A stretch of 32,000 nt of DNA from an uncultured bacterium. GTDB taxonomy: Bacteria > Auribacterota > Erginobacteria > Erginobacterales > CAZKCI01. This document shows, one piece after another, positions 31,057-32,000 of the stretch. The notes under the pieces are model-generated. The model searched no databases. It worked only from the letters and a program-made list of their open reading frames with translations, and was not told the DNA's origin. The DNA is taken from positions 45,050 to 77,049 of the forward strand of contig CAZKCI010000027.1 of the NCBI GenBank assembly GCA_964551475.1, in the 5' to 3' direction. Within the stretch, counting starts at the first letter, position 1. Every line of letters begins with the position of its first letter. Position numbers and translations under genes: made by a program.

Positions 31057-31127
31057 GATTTTCGATCGGGGATCGCGGATTTTAGTCTGTTTATCTGAGA
31101 TCTGAAATTTGAAATCTGAGATTATTC
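31057..31127. repeat. Degenerate heptamer tandem arrays (GGATYNN then ATCTGAR) between dxr and rseP
   Basis: GGATTTT CGATCGG GGATCGC GGATTTT ... ATCTGAG ATCTGAA ATTTGAA ATCTGAG ATTATTC. The ATCTGAR block lies at 31093-31127. Confidence 0.7.
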
Positions 31128-32000
31128 TCGGCGGCTCTGAGAGGCGATCATCTTTCTCGCTTCCTCCCTCGCCCAACGGTCGGCGGCGAGGATCTCTCCC
31201 AGGCGGGGATGCGGCACCGGCCGGTGCTTTTCCATCACCTCTTCCACCAGCGAGCTGATCCGGGGGAAAAGAAGACGGCGTTCCAGGAAAGCCGCCCCGG
31301 CCTCCTCGTTGGCGGCGTTCAGGACCGCCGGCATCGTCCCCCCGGCCTTTCCGGCCGCATAGGCCAGGCCCAGGGCGGGGAAGCGGGACCAGTCGGGCTC
31401 CCGGAAGGTCAGGGGGGGCAGGCGGTAGAAATCCAGCTCGGCCAGCGGCGAGGGAGAGCGGTCCGGATAGGAGAGCGCGTAACGGATGGGAAGCCTCATG
31501 TCGGGGCGGCTCAGCTGGGCGAGGACGGCCCCGTCGTCCATCTCGACCAGGGCGTGCACGACGGACTCCGGATGGATCACCACCTTGATCCGATCGAACG
31601 GGATGGAGAAGAGGTGATGGGCCTCGATCACCTCCAGCCCCTTGTTCATCAGCGTGGCGGAGTCGAGCGTCACCTTCCGCCCCATCTTCCAGCGGGGATG
31701 CCGGAGCGCCTCTTCCGGCGTGATCCGGCGGAAGGCGCTTTTCGGGCGATTCAGAAACGGCCCTCCGGAAGCGGTCAGGATGATCCTCCGGACATGGGCC
31801 GGATCCTCTCCCCGCAGACACTGGAAGACGGCGGAGTGCTCGCTGTCCACCGGGAGGAGGCGGATTCCCCGGGCGCGCGCTTCCTCCATCACGATCGATC
31901 CCGCCGCCACCAGCACCTCCTTGGCGGCCAGAGCCACCGTCTTGCCCGCCCGGATCGCGGAGAGGGTGGGGAGGAGCCCGGCGATGCCGGGTATGGCCGA
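31122..32000 (-). CDS. dxr: 1-deoxy-D-xylulose 5-phosphate reductoisomerase, C-terminal about 290 codons; the 5' end lies beyond the right edge
   Basis: ORF 31122..31937(-) stays open to the window edge (upstream codons read ...IPGIAGLLPTLSAIRAGKTVALAAKEVLV). Motifs: LLPVDSEHSAVFQCL, ILTASGGPF, HPRWKMGRKVTLDSATLMNKGLEVIEAHHLF. Confidence 0.95.
   Translation of the reverse strand, partial: SAIPGIAGLLPTLSAIRAGKTVALAAKEVLVAAGSIVMEEARARGIRLLPVDSEHSAVFQCLRGEDPAHVRRIILTASGGPFLNRPKSAFRRITPEEALRHPRWKMGRKVTLDSATLMNKGLEVIEAHHLFSIPFDRIKVVIHPESVVHALVEMDDGAVLAQLSRPDMRLPIRYALSYPDRSPSPLAELDFYRLPPLTFREPDWSRFPALGLAYAAGKAGGTMPAVLNAANEEAGAAFLERRLLFPRISSLVEEVMEKHRPVPHPRLGEILAADRWAREEARKMIASQSRRE

Noticed and set aside
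1-32000. tRNA, rRNA, riboswitch or other known structured RNA genes.
   Set aside because: Inspection found no cloverleaf-like or conserved rRNA sequence, and no recognisable riboswitch core. The only strong structures are the repeat-derived hairpins listed above.

Overview
This is a high-GC bacterial chromosomal segment, roughly two-thirds G+C by eye. I found no rRNA, tRNA, CRISPR, transposase or integrase genes. About 30 protein genes lie in five strand blocks.

Most of the window is an exosortase-type extracellular polysaccharide (EPS) locus. It contains a priming polyprenyl-phosphate sugar transferase, one GT2, three GT4, an ArnT/PMT-like GT and a Wzx-type flippase. It also has two NodB deacetylases, a WbpB-like oxidoreductase with a WbpD-like acetyltransferase, a radical SAM/SPASM enzyme, and exosortase plus EpsI. 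The right edge is housekeeping (dxr-rseP-ispG).

The most unusual content is a tight + strand operon at 11298..17078:
- a LysM/coiled-coil secreted protein;
- a 699-aa bitopic membrane protein that fuses a short FliF-like periplasmic ring-building domain to a FliG-like cytoplasmic region, with FliG_N not recognisable and the FliG_C unit duplicated;
- FlbD, MotA and two tandem MotB paralogs.

This is a stripped-down rotor plus stator set with no other flagellar genes in view. It is transcribed divergently from two paralogous secreted or anchored proteins of unknown family.

A second theme is the intergenic DNA. Nearly every spacer is AT-richer and built from degenerate 7-10 bp tandem words. These are often arranged as long imperfect inverted repeats running from one gene's stop codon to just before the next start. 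Three spacers share one palindromic element family of about 125-140 bp.

A four-helix-bundle (23S rRNA IVS protein family) module is also fused in frame to the acetyltransferase, within an AT-richer patch preceded by a 10-bp tandem array.

All family assignments come from reading motifs in the translations. No database search was run.
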